From the NCBI GenBank assembly GCA_040883295.1, contig JBFLKR010000048.1, positions 1-34,184 of the forward strand: a DNA stretch of 34,184 nucleotides, written 5' to 3'. Under the pieces are notes generated by a model. It made no database searches. It saw only the letters and a program-made list of their open reading frames with translations, and had not been told where the DNA came from. This stretch comes from Acidimicrobiia bacterium (GTDB taxonomy: Bacteria > Actinomycetota > Acidimicrobiia > Spongiisociales > JAENVV01). Positions 5,093 through 16,245 of the stretch are shown one piece after another; positions within the stretch are counted from its first letter, which is position 1, and every line of letters starts with the position of its first letter. Made by a program: the position numbers and the translations under genes.

Positions 5093-5419
5093 ATGAGTGA
5101 CGACACCACCACGCTGATGGTCTGGATCGACCAGGACCTCTGCACCGGCGACGGGATCTGCGAGGAGATCGCCCCCGACGTCTTCGTCGGTCGCGACGAC
5201 GGCCTCTGGGTCGTCAAGGAGGAGGCCGAGCACTTCGGCGAGACGATCGTCTTCGACGGTCGCGACGGCGATGGTCACGGTCCCGAAGGCGCCCGCGGCG
5301 TCGCCCGGGTGCCCGACGAGCTCATCGACGACACCGTCGAGGCCGCCCAGGAGTGCCCCGGCGAGTGCATCATGATCGAGCCGTACGACGCACAGCTCGT
5401 CGACGAACGCGCCGCCTGA
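5093..5419 (+). CDS. Single-cluster ferredoxin (CxxDxxC...CP type)
   Basis: MSDDTTTLMVWIDQDLCTGDGICEEIAPDVF...AAQECPGECIMIE. Start set at ATG 5093 because GTG 5066 lies only 2 nt after the P5 -10 box. Confidence 0.8.
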   Translation: MSDDTTTLMVWIDQDLCTGDGICEEIAPDVFVGRDDGLWVVKEEAEHFGETIVFDGRDGDGHGPEGARGVARVPDELIDDTVEAAQECPGECIMIEPYDAQLVDERAA

Positions 5420-5435
5420 GGAGCTCCCACGGCCC

Positions 5436-5459
5436 GGTCGGCCGGTCCGGGGGCCGACC
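5436..5459 (+). terminator. GC hairpin after the ferredoxin gene
   Basis: GGTCGGCC (5436-5443), 8-nt loop, GGCCGACC (5452-5459). Followed by tcggaattcgg. Confidence 0.3.
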
Positions 5460-5509
5460 TCGGAATTCGGGCGGCGTGACCCGCGTCCGGTCCTACCATC
5501 GCCGGTCGC

Positions 5510-7297
5510 GTGTCCGACACCTCCCCCTCCTTCTGGGCGGTGCTCCGCAAGGGTGTCCGCCTCGTCGCCGGGCTCATCGCCGCCCATCCGTGGGCCTTCG
5601 CGGTGGCCCTCTCCGGCGCGCTCGTGTACGCGGGCTCGATCATCGCCTCCAGTCGGGTCATCGGGTGGGTCACCGATGAGGTGGTGCTCGGCGTCCTCAC
5701 CGAGGGTGCCGACGACGCGATCGTCTGGACCGGGGTCTGGCTCATCGTCGGCGTCGCCGTCGTCAAGGCGGCCGGCATCGTCGCCCGCCGCATCGGGGCG
5801 GGGTGGCTCTACCTCCAGAACCGACGCGACATGCGTCGGAGGTTCGTGGCCCAGGTCCTGCGGCTCGACATGGACTGGTACAACCGCCAGGCCGTCGGCA
5901 ACCTCATCTCGATCGCCGAGGCGGACGTGGCCCAGGCCACCTCCGTCCTCAACCCACTCCCGTACGCCACCGGCTCGGCGGTGCTGCTCATCGGCGCCAC
6001 CGTCCTCGTCTTCCTCCTCGACCCGACCCTCGGGTGGATCGCCCTCGCCTTCCTCGGCACCGCCATCATCCTCGAGCTGCGTGGCGCCTACGTCACGTTC
6101 ACACTCGTCGAGGTGGTCCAGCGTCTCCGCGGCAACCTCGCCGCCGGCGCCCACGAGTCGTTCGACGGCGCCCTGACCGTCAAGGCCTTCGGCCGGGAGG
6201 ACTGGGAGTCCGAGCGCTTCGAGGCATCCTCGGCGGTGCTGCGTGACCACCTCATCGGGCTCGGCCGGGTCTGGGAGAACTTCAAGGCGCTCGTGGAGGG
6301 CATCCCGACCGTTGCCCAGGTCGTGATCGTCACCGTCGGGGTGCTGCGGGTCGCCGAGGGGGCGGTGTCGGCCGGGGACATCGTCTCGATCGCCTACCTG
6401 CTCACCCTCCTCTTCTGGCCCATCCAACTCATCGGCTTCGTCATCTTCGACACCGCTGCCGCCACCGCCTCGGCCGATCGTGTGGATGCGGTGCTGACCG
6501 CCGACGAGCACGTCCGCCACGGCACCGGGCCCGCCGGCTCGCCCGACGCCGGGGCCGGGGTCGGGGCCGAGGCGGTGGGTTTCGGCTACGACGGGCTGCC
6601 GGTCCTCGCCGACGTCGACCTCGACATCCCCTCGGGCCGCATCGTGGCGGTTGTCGGGCCCACCGGATCGGGGAAGACGACACTCACCGTGCTCCTCGCG
6701 CGGCTGTGGGACCCGCGGTCGGGCTCGATCCGCCTCGACGGCCGTGATCTGCGCGACCTGGCGGCGGCCGCCCTCGCCGACGAGGTGGCCTACGTCCCCC
6801 AGGAGGCGTTCCTCTTCGACGACACCGTCCTCGGCAACCTGACGCTGGGGCTCGACGTGCCGTTCGACGAGGTGGAGGCCGCCGCCCGCCTCGCCCGAGC
6901 CCATGAGTTCGTCATGTCCCTCCCGCGCGGGTACGAGACCCGGATCGGCGAGCGGGGCGCCGCCCTCTCGGGTGGCCAGCGGCAGCGGATCGCCCTCGCC
7001 CGGGCGCTGCTCCGACGTCCTCGGCTGCTGGTGCTCGATGACGCCACCTCCGCCGTCGATCCCTCGGTCGAAGCCGAGATCCTCGGTGCCCTTCGGGAGG
7101 CCGACCTTCCCTCGACGGTGGTGGTCGTCGCCTACCGCTCCTCCACGATCGCCCTTGCCGACGAGGTCGTGTTCATGGCCGACGGCCGGGTCGTGGCCCA
7201 GGGCGGCCATGGCGAGTTGTTGGCCTCCCAACCCGGCTACGTCCGCCTGCTCACCGCCTACGAAGAGGACGCCCGTCGTCGGGAGGGTTCGCCGTGA
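5510..7297 (+). CDS. ABC exporter, fused permease/ATPase subunit 1 (degenerate catalytic residues)
   Basis: 595 aa. N-terminal TM domain. Walker A GPTGSGKTT, signature LSGGQRQRIALARALL, Walker B LLVLDDATSAVD (Asp where the catalytic Glu is expected), H-loop position reads AYRSS. GTG start. Confidence 0.9.
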   Translation: MSDTSPSFWAVLRKGVRLVAGLIAAHPWAFAVALSGALVYAGSIIASSRVIGWVTDEVVLGVLTEGADDAIVWTGVWLIVGVAVVKAAGIVARRIGAGWLYLQNRRDMRRRFVAQVLRLDMDWYNRQAVGNLISIAEADVAQATSVLNPLPYATGSAVLLIGATVLVFLLDPTLGWIALAFLGTAIILELRGAYVTFTLVEVVQRLRGNLAAGAHESFDGALTVKAFGREDWESERFEASSAVLRDHLIGLGRVWENFKALVEGIPTVAQVVIVTVGVLRVAEGAVSAGDIVSIAYLLTLLFWPIQLIGFVIFDTAAATASADRVDAVLTADEHVRHGTGPAGSPDAGAGVGAEAVGFGYDGLPVLADVDLDIPSGRIVAVVGPTGSGKTTLTVLLARLWDPRSGSIRLDGRDLRDLAAAALADEVAYVPQEAFLFDDTVLGNLTLGLDVPFDEVEAAARLARAHEFVMSLPRGYETRIGERGAALSGGQRQRIALARALLRRPRLLVLDDATSAVDPSVEAEILGALREADLPSTVVVVAYRSSTIALADEVVFMADGRVVAQGGHGELLASQPGYVRLLTAYEEDARRREGSP

Positions 7298-9048
7298 GCG
7301 AGCGGTCGGCGAGTGCCGTCGTCGTCCGGGCGATCCGGGAGGTGCCGCCGTTCCGCGTCGGTCTCGCCTTCACGCTCGTGCTCGTCCTCCTCGGCACCGG
7401 CGCCCAGGTCGTCGTGCCCATCTACCTCCAGCGGCTGACCGACGCCGGCTCGCTCGGCAGCCTCGACCCAGTCACCGTGCTCGGCCTCGGCGCCGGAGCG
7501 GCGACCTTCGTCGTGGCCGGGGTGCTGGCGTCGCGGGCGGCCCGCATCCGCCTCATGGAGGCCTCCACCCGGGGGCTCCACGTCCTGCGGACCGAGACGT
7601 TCGCCCGTCTCCACGCCCAGTCGGTGCTCGTCACCCAGGAACGCCGGCGGGGAGCGCTCATCGCCCGGGTCACCAACGACGTCGAGCGGGTGCAGGAGTT
7701 CATGGAGTGGGGCGGCGTGGGGCTGCTGGTCGGCTCCGCCCGGGTGGTCGTGATGCTCGGGATCATGGTGGTCTACTCGTGGCAGCTGGCGCTGCTCGTC
7801 GGCGTCGCCACGGCCGTCTACGGGGGGTTGTTGCTCGGCTTCCAGCGGGTGCTGGCCCGCGCCCACGACACGGCCCGGCTCCGGGTCGCCGATGTCATGG
7901 CGACCACCGGCGAGGCGATCTCGGGCCTGCCGATCGTTCGAACCCACGGGGCCGAGCGCCACACGCTCCGCAAGCTCGACCGGGCCCTCTTCCGGGAGTT
8001 CCGAGCCGACTTCCGGGCTGCGGTGCTGGGCAACGTGCTGTTCGCCACCGCCGAGGCGTACGCCGGCGGGATCACGGCCGGGGTGCTGGCGTTCGGGATC
8101 TGGCTCGGCCTGGCCGGCGAGGTGACCGCGGGCGTGTTGGTGGCCTTCTTCTTCCTCGTGGCGCTTCTGGTGGAGCCGGTCCAGACGATGGTGGAGACCC
8201 TCGACCCGGCCCAGGCCGCCGGGGCGGGCCTCCGGCGGATCTTCGAGGTGCACGACGAGCCGATCGAGGTGGCCGACCCGGGCCCCGGCGGCACGCCGCT
8301 GCCACCGGGCCGTCTCGGCCTCGAGTTGGTCGACCTCGGCTACACCTACCCGGACGGGACCGAGGCGGTCGCCGGGGTGACACTGACGGTGGCGCCGGGC
8401 GAGCGGGTGGCGATCGTCGGCGAGACCGGGTCGGGGAAGACGACGTTCGCCAAGCTCGCCGCCCGCATCCTCGAGCGGGACTCGGGCGACTTCCACATCG
8501 GCGGGGTGCCGATCGACCGGATCCCGTTCGCGTCGCTCCGTCGTCGGGTCACCTACGTGCCCCAGGAGGGGTTCCTCCACGACGACACGATCGAGGGCAA
8601 CGTCCGCTACGGCCGGCTCGATGCCACCCGCGCCGAGGTGGAGGCGGCGTTCGCCGACCTCGGCCTCGCGGAGTGGGTGGCGAGCCTTCCCGAAGGACTC
8701 GACACCCGGGTGGGGGAGCGGGGCGGCCGCCTCTCGGCGGGGGAGCGCCAGCTCGTCGCGCTGGTGCGGGCCTCCATCGCCGATCCCGACCTGCTCGTCC
8801 TCGACGAGGCGACCTCCTCGGTCGATCCCGCCCTCGAGGTGGGGCTCCGCCGGGCCCTCGAGGTGCTGCTGGCCGGGCGCACGAGCCTCACCATCGCCCA
8901 CCGGCTCTCGACCGCCGAGGCCGCCGACCGGGTGCTCGTGTTCGACGGGGGGCGGATCGTCGAGGACGGGACCCACGCCGAACTGGTCGCCACCGGGGGC
9001 GTCTACGCCGGGCTGCACGCCGATTGGATCCGGGGCACCCGGACCTGA
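7294..9048 (+). CDS. ABC exporter, fused permease/ATPase subunit 2 (degenerate signature)
   Basis: 584 aa. Walker A GETGSGKTT, signature LSAGERQLVALVRASI, Walker B LLVLDEATSSVD, H-loop IAHRLST. GTGA overlap with subunit 1. Confidence 0.9.
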   Translation: MSERSASAVVVRAIREVPPFRVGLAFTLVLVLLGTGAQVVVPIYLQRLTDAGSLGSLDPVTVLGLGAGAATFVVAGVLASRAARIRLMEASTRGLHVLRTETFARLHAQSVLVTQERRRGALIARVTNDVERVQEFMEWGGVGLLVGSARVVVMLGIMVVYSWQLALLVGVATAVYGGLLLGFQRVLARAHDTARLRVADVMATTGEAISGLPIVRTHGAERHTLRKLDRALFREFRADFRAAVLGNVLFATAEAYAGGITAGVLAFGIWLGLAGEVTAGVLVAFFFLVALLVEPVQTMVETLDPAQAAGAGLRRIFEVHDEPIEVADPGPGGTPLPPGRLGLELVDLGYTYPDGTEAVAGVTLTVAPGERVAIVGETGSGKTTFAKLAARILERDSGDFHIGGVPIDRIPFASLRRRVTYVPQEGFLHDDTIEGNVRYGRLDATRAEVEAAFADLGLAEWVASLPEGLDTRVGERGGRLSAGERQLVALVRASIADPDLLVLDEATSSVDPALEVGLRRALEVLLAGRTSLTIAHRLSTAEAADRVLVFDGGRIVEDGTHAELVATGGVYAGLHADWIRGTRT

Positions 9049-9053
9049 CACGA

Positions 9054-9104
9054 CTTCCTGTCGGGCTCACCCTCCTCTGGGAAGGCCCAGGCCGACAAGA
9101 ACGA
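9054..9104 (+). repeat. 51-nt palindromic intergenic element, copy X
   Basis: CTTCCTGTCGGGCTCACCCTCCTCTGGGAAGGCCCAGGCCGACAAGAACGA. 41/51 identical, without gaps, to 20625-20675. The arms can pair at 10/12 positions. Starts 5 nt after the stop at 9048. Confidence 0.5.
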
Positions 9105-9186
9105 TCGACGATGACCTCTCACGTCATCGAACTGGTGACGTGGGGACGGCACGATGGGGGGCGAAGCCATCGCAACGCCCGAGGTT

Positions 9187-9215
9187 TTGTACAGCATGGC
9201 CAACCCACGTACGCT
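9187..9215 (+). promoter_or_regulatory. Candidate housekeeping-type promoter of the atp operon
   Basis: TTGTAC (9187-9192), 17-nt spacer, TACGCT (9210-9215; TAnnnT). About 20 nt upstream of ATG 9235. Pattern match only. Confidence 0.3.
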
Positions 9216-9234
9216 CCCGGCCCGGAACGGAGGC

Positions 9235-9486
9235 ATGGCGAGACAAGGCACGACCAAAGAGATCGCCGAGTCCATGAAGAAGACGGACATCGGCGGCTCC
9301 TTCCTCGGCTCCATCGTCGCCGGGCTCCTGATCGGGCTGTTGCTCGATTGGTGGCTCGGTACGGAGCCCTGGTTCGTGATCGGCCTCGCGCTGCTCGGGT
9401 CATATTCCGGGTTCATGCGGGTCTGGCACTACGCCAAGGTCCAGGGAGAACTCGAGGACGAGGAACGGAGAGCACGTGGACGTTGA
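9235..9486 (+). CDS. AtpZ/AtpI-family small membrane protein preceding the atp operon
   Basis: GSFLGSIVAGLLIGLLLDWWLGTEPWFVIGLALLGSYSGFMRVW is typical of AtpZ-like proteins. Start uncertain: ATG 9235 after GGAGG, or ATG 9274. The ORF track starts at 9154. Confidence 0.6.
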   Translation: MARQGTTKEIAESMKKTDIGGSFLGSIVAGLLIGLLLDWWLGTEPWFVIGLALLGSYSGFMRVWHYAKVQGELEDEERRARGR

Positions 9487-9871
9487 GGCCAGGATCGCCC
9501 GGAACACGGTCCGCAGGGCCGCGTTCGTGGGTCCGGTCGTCGTCCTCGCCTCCTGGCTCCTCGCCGGGACCGACGGAGCCATCGCCGCCCTGGTGGGCGT
9601 CGTCGCCGTGGTGGGCAACTTCCTGCTGGCCGGCTGGATCCTGTCCGTGGCGGCCCGCATCTCCCCCGGTGCCTATCATGCCGCCGCGCTACTGGGCTTC
9701 ATCCTCCGATTCGCCCTCCTGGCAGCGACCGTGTTCGGGGTCGCCGCCTTCGTGGAGCTCGATCGGGTGACGTTCGCAATCGCAACGGTGGTCACGTACC
9801 TCGTCCTCCTGTCCTGGGAGACGGTGGCCGTGGCCCGCGGAAGGGAAAGGGAACTCGAGTGGACCACATGA
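9476..9871 (+). CDS. atpI: ATP synthase protein I (AtpI)-like membrane protein
   Basis: 131-aa hydrophobic protein with about four TM helices, in the canonical position directly before atpB. GTG start overlapping the previous gene. Confidence 0.6.
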   Translation: MDVEARIARNTVRRAAFVGPVVVLASWLLAGTDGAIAALVGVVAVVGNFLLAGWILSVAARISPGAYHAAALLGFILRFALLAATVFGVAAFVELDRVTFAIATVVTYLVLLSWETVAVARGRERELEWTT

Positions 9872-10689
9872 TCCTGGCGGTCGAGGAGTGCGACGCTGCC
9901 AACGTGGCGATGTGCACGCCGTCCGAGGTGGGGGTGCTCTTCGAGTTTCCGCCGCTCTTCCCCGACAGCGAGCTGTGGTCGTGGGTCACCCGCACCGAGG
10001 TGCTCATCCTCCTCGCCGCCATCATCCCGGTCGTGATGGTCTTCGTCGCCCTGCGCAAGCCGAAGCTGGTGCCCGGCAAGTTCCAGCTCTTCATCGAGTC
10101 GGTCTACAACTCGATCGATCAGGGCATCTCCAAGGACATCATCGGTCCCGAGGGCTCCCGCTACACCCCCTACCTGATCTCGCTGTTCGCCTTCATCTTC
10201 TTCGGGAACATCTTCGAGGTCACGCCCTTCGTCAACTTCCCGGTCACGTCCCGGATCGCCCTCCCCGCGTTCCTGGCACTCCTGACCTGGTTCATCTTCA
10301 TCATCGCCGGCATCTCCAAGCAGGGCCTGACCTACTTCGGCCACCTCATCTGGCCCCCCGGGATCCCGATCGCCCTCCGTCCGCTGGTGGGCGTCATCGA
10401 GTTCGTCTCGGTGCTGTTCGTGCGGCCGTTCTCGCTGGCGGTGCGGCTCTTCGCCAACCTCGTCGCCGGCCACACGATGCTGGCGCTGCTCCTCAGCACG
10501 GCCGGGATCTTCATCTGGGGGTTCATCCAGGGCGACCTCGGCTTCGGGAAGGCCCTCACGGGTGGGGCGTGGTTCCTGTTGGCCCTCGGGATCTACGTGT
10601 TCGAGATCCTCGTCTCGTACCTCCAGGCCTACATCTTCACGCTCCTGTCCGCCGTCTACATCGAGAGCTCGCTCCACCCCGAGCACTGA
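9859..10689 (+). CDS. atpB: F0F1 ATP synthase subunit a
   Basis: Contains the essential-Arg motif SLAVRLFANLVAGH. Start is GTG 9859 or ATG 9868. Confidence 0.95.
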   Translation: MDHMILAVEECDAANVAMCTPSEVGVLFEFPPLFPDSELWSWVTRTEVLILLAAIIPVVMVFVALRKPKLVPGKFQLFIESVYNSIDQGISKDIIGPEGSRYTPYLISLFAFIFFGNIFEVTPFVNFPVTSRIALPAFLALLTWFIFIIAGISKQGLTYFGHLIWPPGIPIALRPLVGVIEFVSVLFVRPFSLAVRLFANLVAGHTMLALLLSTAGIFIWGFIQGDLGFGKALTGGAWFLLALGIYVFEILVSYLQAYIFTLLSAVYIESSLHPEH

Positions 10690-10950
<261 letters not shown>

Positions 10951-10962
10951 GAGACGCCCGTC

Positions 10963-11505
10963 ATGACGGACGTGTTCCTGTTGGCCGCCGAGGAGGGCGG
11001 GAGCGAGGGCGGGCTGTCCTTCCTGCTCCCGGCCACATCCGAGCTCGTGATGGGCATCTTCGCCTTCCTGATCGTCTTCGCGGTCATGTGGCGCTTCGCG
11101 GTGCCCGGCATGCGACGGCTCATGGACGAGCGGCAGGCCGCCATCAGCGGCCAGATCGAGGCCGCCGAGGCCGCCCGCACCGAGGCCGACCGGCTCCGGG
11201 CGGAGTACGAGCAGCAGCTCGCCGGGGCCAAGACGGAGGCGAACGGTGTCATCGAGGAGGCCCGCGCCTCCGCCGAGACGGTCCGCGCCGACATCGTCGC
11301 CAGGGCCGAGGAGGAGGCCGCCCGGATCCGGGAGAAGGCCCAGGCCGACGCCGATGCCGAGAAGGCCCGGGTCCTCGCCGAAGCGAGGAGCGAGGTCGCC
11401 GGCCTGTCGGTCAGCCTCGCCGAGAAGGTCGTGGGTGGCTCCCTCGACGACGAGCGCCAGCGGGCCCTCGTCGAGCAGTACCTGTCCCAGCTCGAGTCGG
11501 AGTAG
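10963..11505 (+). CDS. atpF: F0F1 ATP synthase subunit b
   Basis: One N-terminal TM helix followed by a long Ala/Glu/Arg-rich helix. Position between atpE and atpH. Confidence 0.9.
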   Translation: MTDVFLLAAEEGGSEGGLSFLLPATSELVMGIFAFLIVFAVMWRFAVPGMRRLMDERQAAISGQIEAAEAARTEADRLRAEYEQQLAGAKTEANGVIEEARASAETVRADIVARAEEEAARIREKAQADADAEKARVLAEARSEVAGLSVSLAEKVVGGSLDDERQRALVEQYLSQLESE

Positions 11506-11508
11506 TCG

Positions 11509-12048
11509 ATGGCGGACGATCGCATCGCCGGCTACGCCGCGGGCATCTTCGAGATCGCCCGCGGTGAGGGCGTGGCCGCCCGTGTCGAGTCGGAGCTCTT
11601 CGCGGTCGCCCGCGCCTTCGAGTCGAATCCCGAGCTCCGTTCGACACTGTCGGATCCCCGCCTCCCGCTCGAACGCAAGCACGGCATCATCGACGACCTG
11701 CTCGAGACGCGCGCCGACGACCTGACGGTTGCCCTGGTGTCGTTCCTCGCCGACATCGGCCGCGTCGGCGACCTCGGGGAGATCTCGGCGGCGCTCTCGG
11801 ACCATGCGGCCGCCACCACCAACCGGGAGACGGCCGTCGTGCGCAGTGCCATCCCCCTCGACGAGGCCACCGTCGAGCGACTCGCCCGGGCCCTCGGCAA
11901 GGCCACCGGCAAGGTGGTCGACGTCCGGGTGGTGGTCGACCCGTCCGTCATGGGCGGCATCGTCGCCACCGTCGGCGACACGGTCATCGACGGCACCGTC
12001 CGCAGCAAGCTCGAGCAGATGCGCTCGGTCCTCACCACCAGGAGTTGA
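11509..12048 (+). CDS. atpH: F0F1 ATP synthase subunit delta (OSCP)
   Basis: 179 aa. C-terminal [28 protein letters not shown] is typical of delta/OSCP. Confidence 0.9.
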   Translation: MADDRIAGYAAGIFEIARGEGVAARVESELFAVARAFESNPELRSTLSDPRLPLERKHGIIDDLLETRADDLTVALVSFLADIGRVGDLGEISAALSDHAAATTNRETAVVRSAIPLDEATVERLARALGKATGKVVDVRVVVDPSVMGGIVATVGDTVIDGTVRSKLEQMRSVLTTRS

Positions 12049-12050
12049 AC

Positions 12051-13583
12051 ATGGCAGACCTCACGATCACCACCGAGGAGATCACCGGGGCCCTCCGGTC
12101 GAACCTGGAGGGATGGAAGCCCGAGCTGTCGCGCGAGACCGTGGGCTACGTCACCTCGCTCGCCGACGGCGTCGCCCGCGTCCGTGGACTCCCCGATGTC
12201 ATGGCCTCCGAGCTGTTGGAGTTCCCCGGGGGGCTCCGGGGCGTCACCCTCAACATCGACGAGGACGACCTCGGCGTGGTCCTCATGGGCGAGTTCGAGC
12301 ACGTCGAGGAGGGTGACCCCGTCCGCCAGACCGGTGAGGTCCTCTCCGTGCCGGTCGGCGATGCGATGCTGGGTCGGGTCATCGACCCACTCGGCAACCC
12401 GATCGACGGCAAGGGTCCGATCAACACCACCGAGCGGCGGCTCCTCGAGACCCAGGCCCCGTCGGTGGTCGAGCGCCAGCCGGTCGGTCAGCCGCTCCAG
12501 ACCGGCATCAAGGCGATCGACGGGATGACGCCCATCGGTCGCGGCCAGCGCCAGCTCATCATCGGGGACCGTCAGACCGGCAAGACGGCGATCCTCGTCG
12601 ACACGATCATCAACCAGCGCAACCAGTGGGGCACCGACGACCAGGTCAAGTGCGTCTACGTCGCCATCGGCCAGAAGTCGTCGACCGTCGCCGAGGTGGT
12701 CGCGGCGCTCGAAGAGGCCGGCGCCATGGAGTACACCGTGGTGGTCAACGCCCCGGCGTCGGCGCCCGCCGCCCTGCAGATGTACGCCCCGTACGCCGGA
12801 TCGGCCATCGGCCAGCACTGGATGTACCAGGGGCAGGACGCCCTCGTGATCTTCGACGACCTGTCGAAGCAGGCGGTCGCCTACCGGGAGATCTCGCTGC
12901 TGCTGCGTCGCCCCCCCGGCCGTGAGGCCTACCCGGGCGACGTGTTCTACCTGCACAGTCGATTGCTCGAGCGCTGCGCCAAGCTCAGCGACGAGCTGGG
13001 AGGGGGCTCGCTCACCGGCCTGCCGGTCATCGAGACGAAGGCCAACGACGTCTCGGCGTTCATCCCGACCAACGTCATCTCGATCACCGACGGCCAGTGC
13101 TTCCTCGAGACCGACCTCTTCTACCAGGGCATCCGACCGGCCATGAACGCCGGCATCTCGGTGTCCCGAGTGGGCGGTGCCGCCCAGATCAAGGCGATGA
13201 AGAGTGTCGCCGGGTCGTTGCGACTCAACCTCGCCCAGTACCGGGAGCTCGCGGCGTTCGCCGAGTTCGGCTCGGAGCTCGACGCCACCTCGCTCGCCCA
13301 GCTCGAGCGTGGCCAGCGGGTCGTCGAGGTACTCAAGCAGCCGCAGTACCAGCCGATGCCCGTCGAGGAGCAGGTCATCTCGATCTTCGCCGTCACCGAG
13401 GGCCACATGGACGAGGTGCCGGTCGAGTCCATCCGCGCCTTCGAGCGGGGACTGCTCGAGCACGTTCGCACCCGCCATGGGCGGCTCCTCGACCACATCC
13501 GCAACACCGGCACGCTGCCCGAGGGCGACGACCTCGTCGACGCCATCACGGAGTTCAAGTCCGGCTTCCTCGCCGAGGCCTGA
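12051..13583 (+). CDS. atpA: F0F1 ATP synthase subunit alpha
   Basis: Walker [10 protein letters not shown]. Alpha-type sequence throughout. ATG 12051 with AGGAG 6 nt upstream is preferred over the TTG at 12045 used in the ORF track. Confidence 0.97.
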   Translation: MADLTITTEEITGALRSNLEGWKPELSRETVGYVTSLADGVARVRGLPDVMASELLEFPGGLRGVTLNIDEDDLGVVLMGEFEHVEEGDPVRQTGEVLSVPVGDAMLGRVIDPLGNPIDGKGPINTTERRLLETQAPSVVERQPVGQPLQTGIKAIDGMTPIGRGQRQLIIGDRQTGKTAILVDTIINQRNQWGTDDQVKCVYVAIGQKSSTVAEVVAALEEAGAMEYTVVVNAPASAPAALQMYAPYAGSAIGQHWMYQGQDALVIFDDLSKQAVAYREISLLLRRPPGREAYPGDVFYLHSRLLERCAKLSDELGGGSLTGLPVIETKANDVSAFIPTNVISITDGQCFLETDLFYQGIRPAMNAGISVSRVGGAAQIKAMKSVAGSLRLNLAQYRELAAFAEFGSELDATSLAQLERGQRVVEVLKQPQYQPMPVEEQVISIFAVTEGHMDEVPVESIRAFERGLLEHVRTRHGRLLDHIRNTGTLPEGDDLVDAITEFKSGFLAEA

Positions 13584-13586
13584 TCC

Positions 13587-15903
<2,317 letters not shown>

Positions 15904-15904
<1 letters not shown>

Positions 15905-16245
15905 TGGCCAGGAGCTTTGCCGTCGACGTCGTCTCCCCCGAGGAGAGCCTCTGGTCGGGGGAGGCCACGTTCCTCGTGGCCCGCACACCCGATGGTGAGA
16001 TCGGCATCCTGGCCGACCACGAGCCGGTCATGGCGGCCCTGGCCACCGGGGCGGTCACCGTCGACGGCGCCGACGGTGGACGAACGACGATCGCCGTCAA
16101 CGGTGGCTTCCTGCAGGTGCTCGACAACACGGTGACGCTGCTCACCGACCGCGCCGAGGTCGTCGAGGGCGATGCGGAGGCGGCCCGGGCCACCGCCGCC
16201 GAACTGGCGGCGCAGGCCGACGACAACCCGGTCGTCGAGCTCTAG
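15904..16245 (+). CDS. atpC: F0F1 ATP synthase subunit epsilon
   Basis: 113 aa. The GTG start overlaps the atpD stop by 1 nt. Last gene of the operon. Confidence 0.9.

Noticed and set aside
8347-8352. Isolated GGGTAG/GGGTAC hexamers at 8347-8352 (-), 12929-12934 (-), 15508-15513 (-), 19574-19579 (+), 20238-20243 (-), 32457-32462 (-), 6928-6933 (+), 20947-20952 (+), 22556-22561 (+), 19752-19757 (-) and 26917-26922 (-)
   Set aside because: None has GGTTT 16 nt upstream. Most lie inside coding regions. Single hexamers are expected by chance in this composition.
4898-9051. Long minus-strand ORFs 4898..7231 (777 aa) and 7258..9051 (597 aa), and plus-strand 6903..9770 (955 aa)
   Set aside because: They are antisense or out of frame to the two ABC exporter genes, which carry unambiguous Walker and signature motifs. 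The translations have no recognisable motifs and are compositionally biased.
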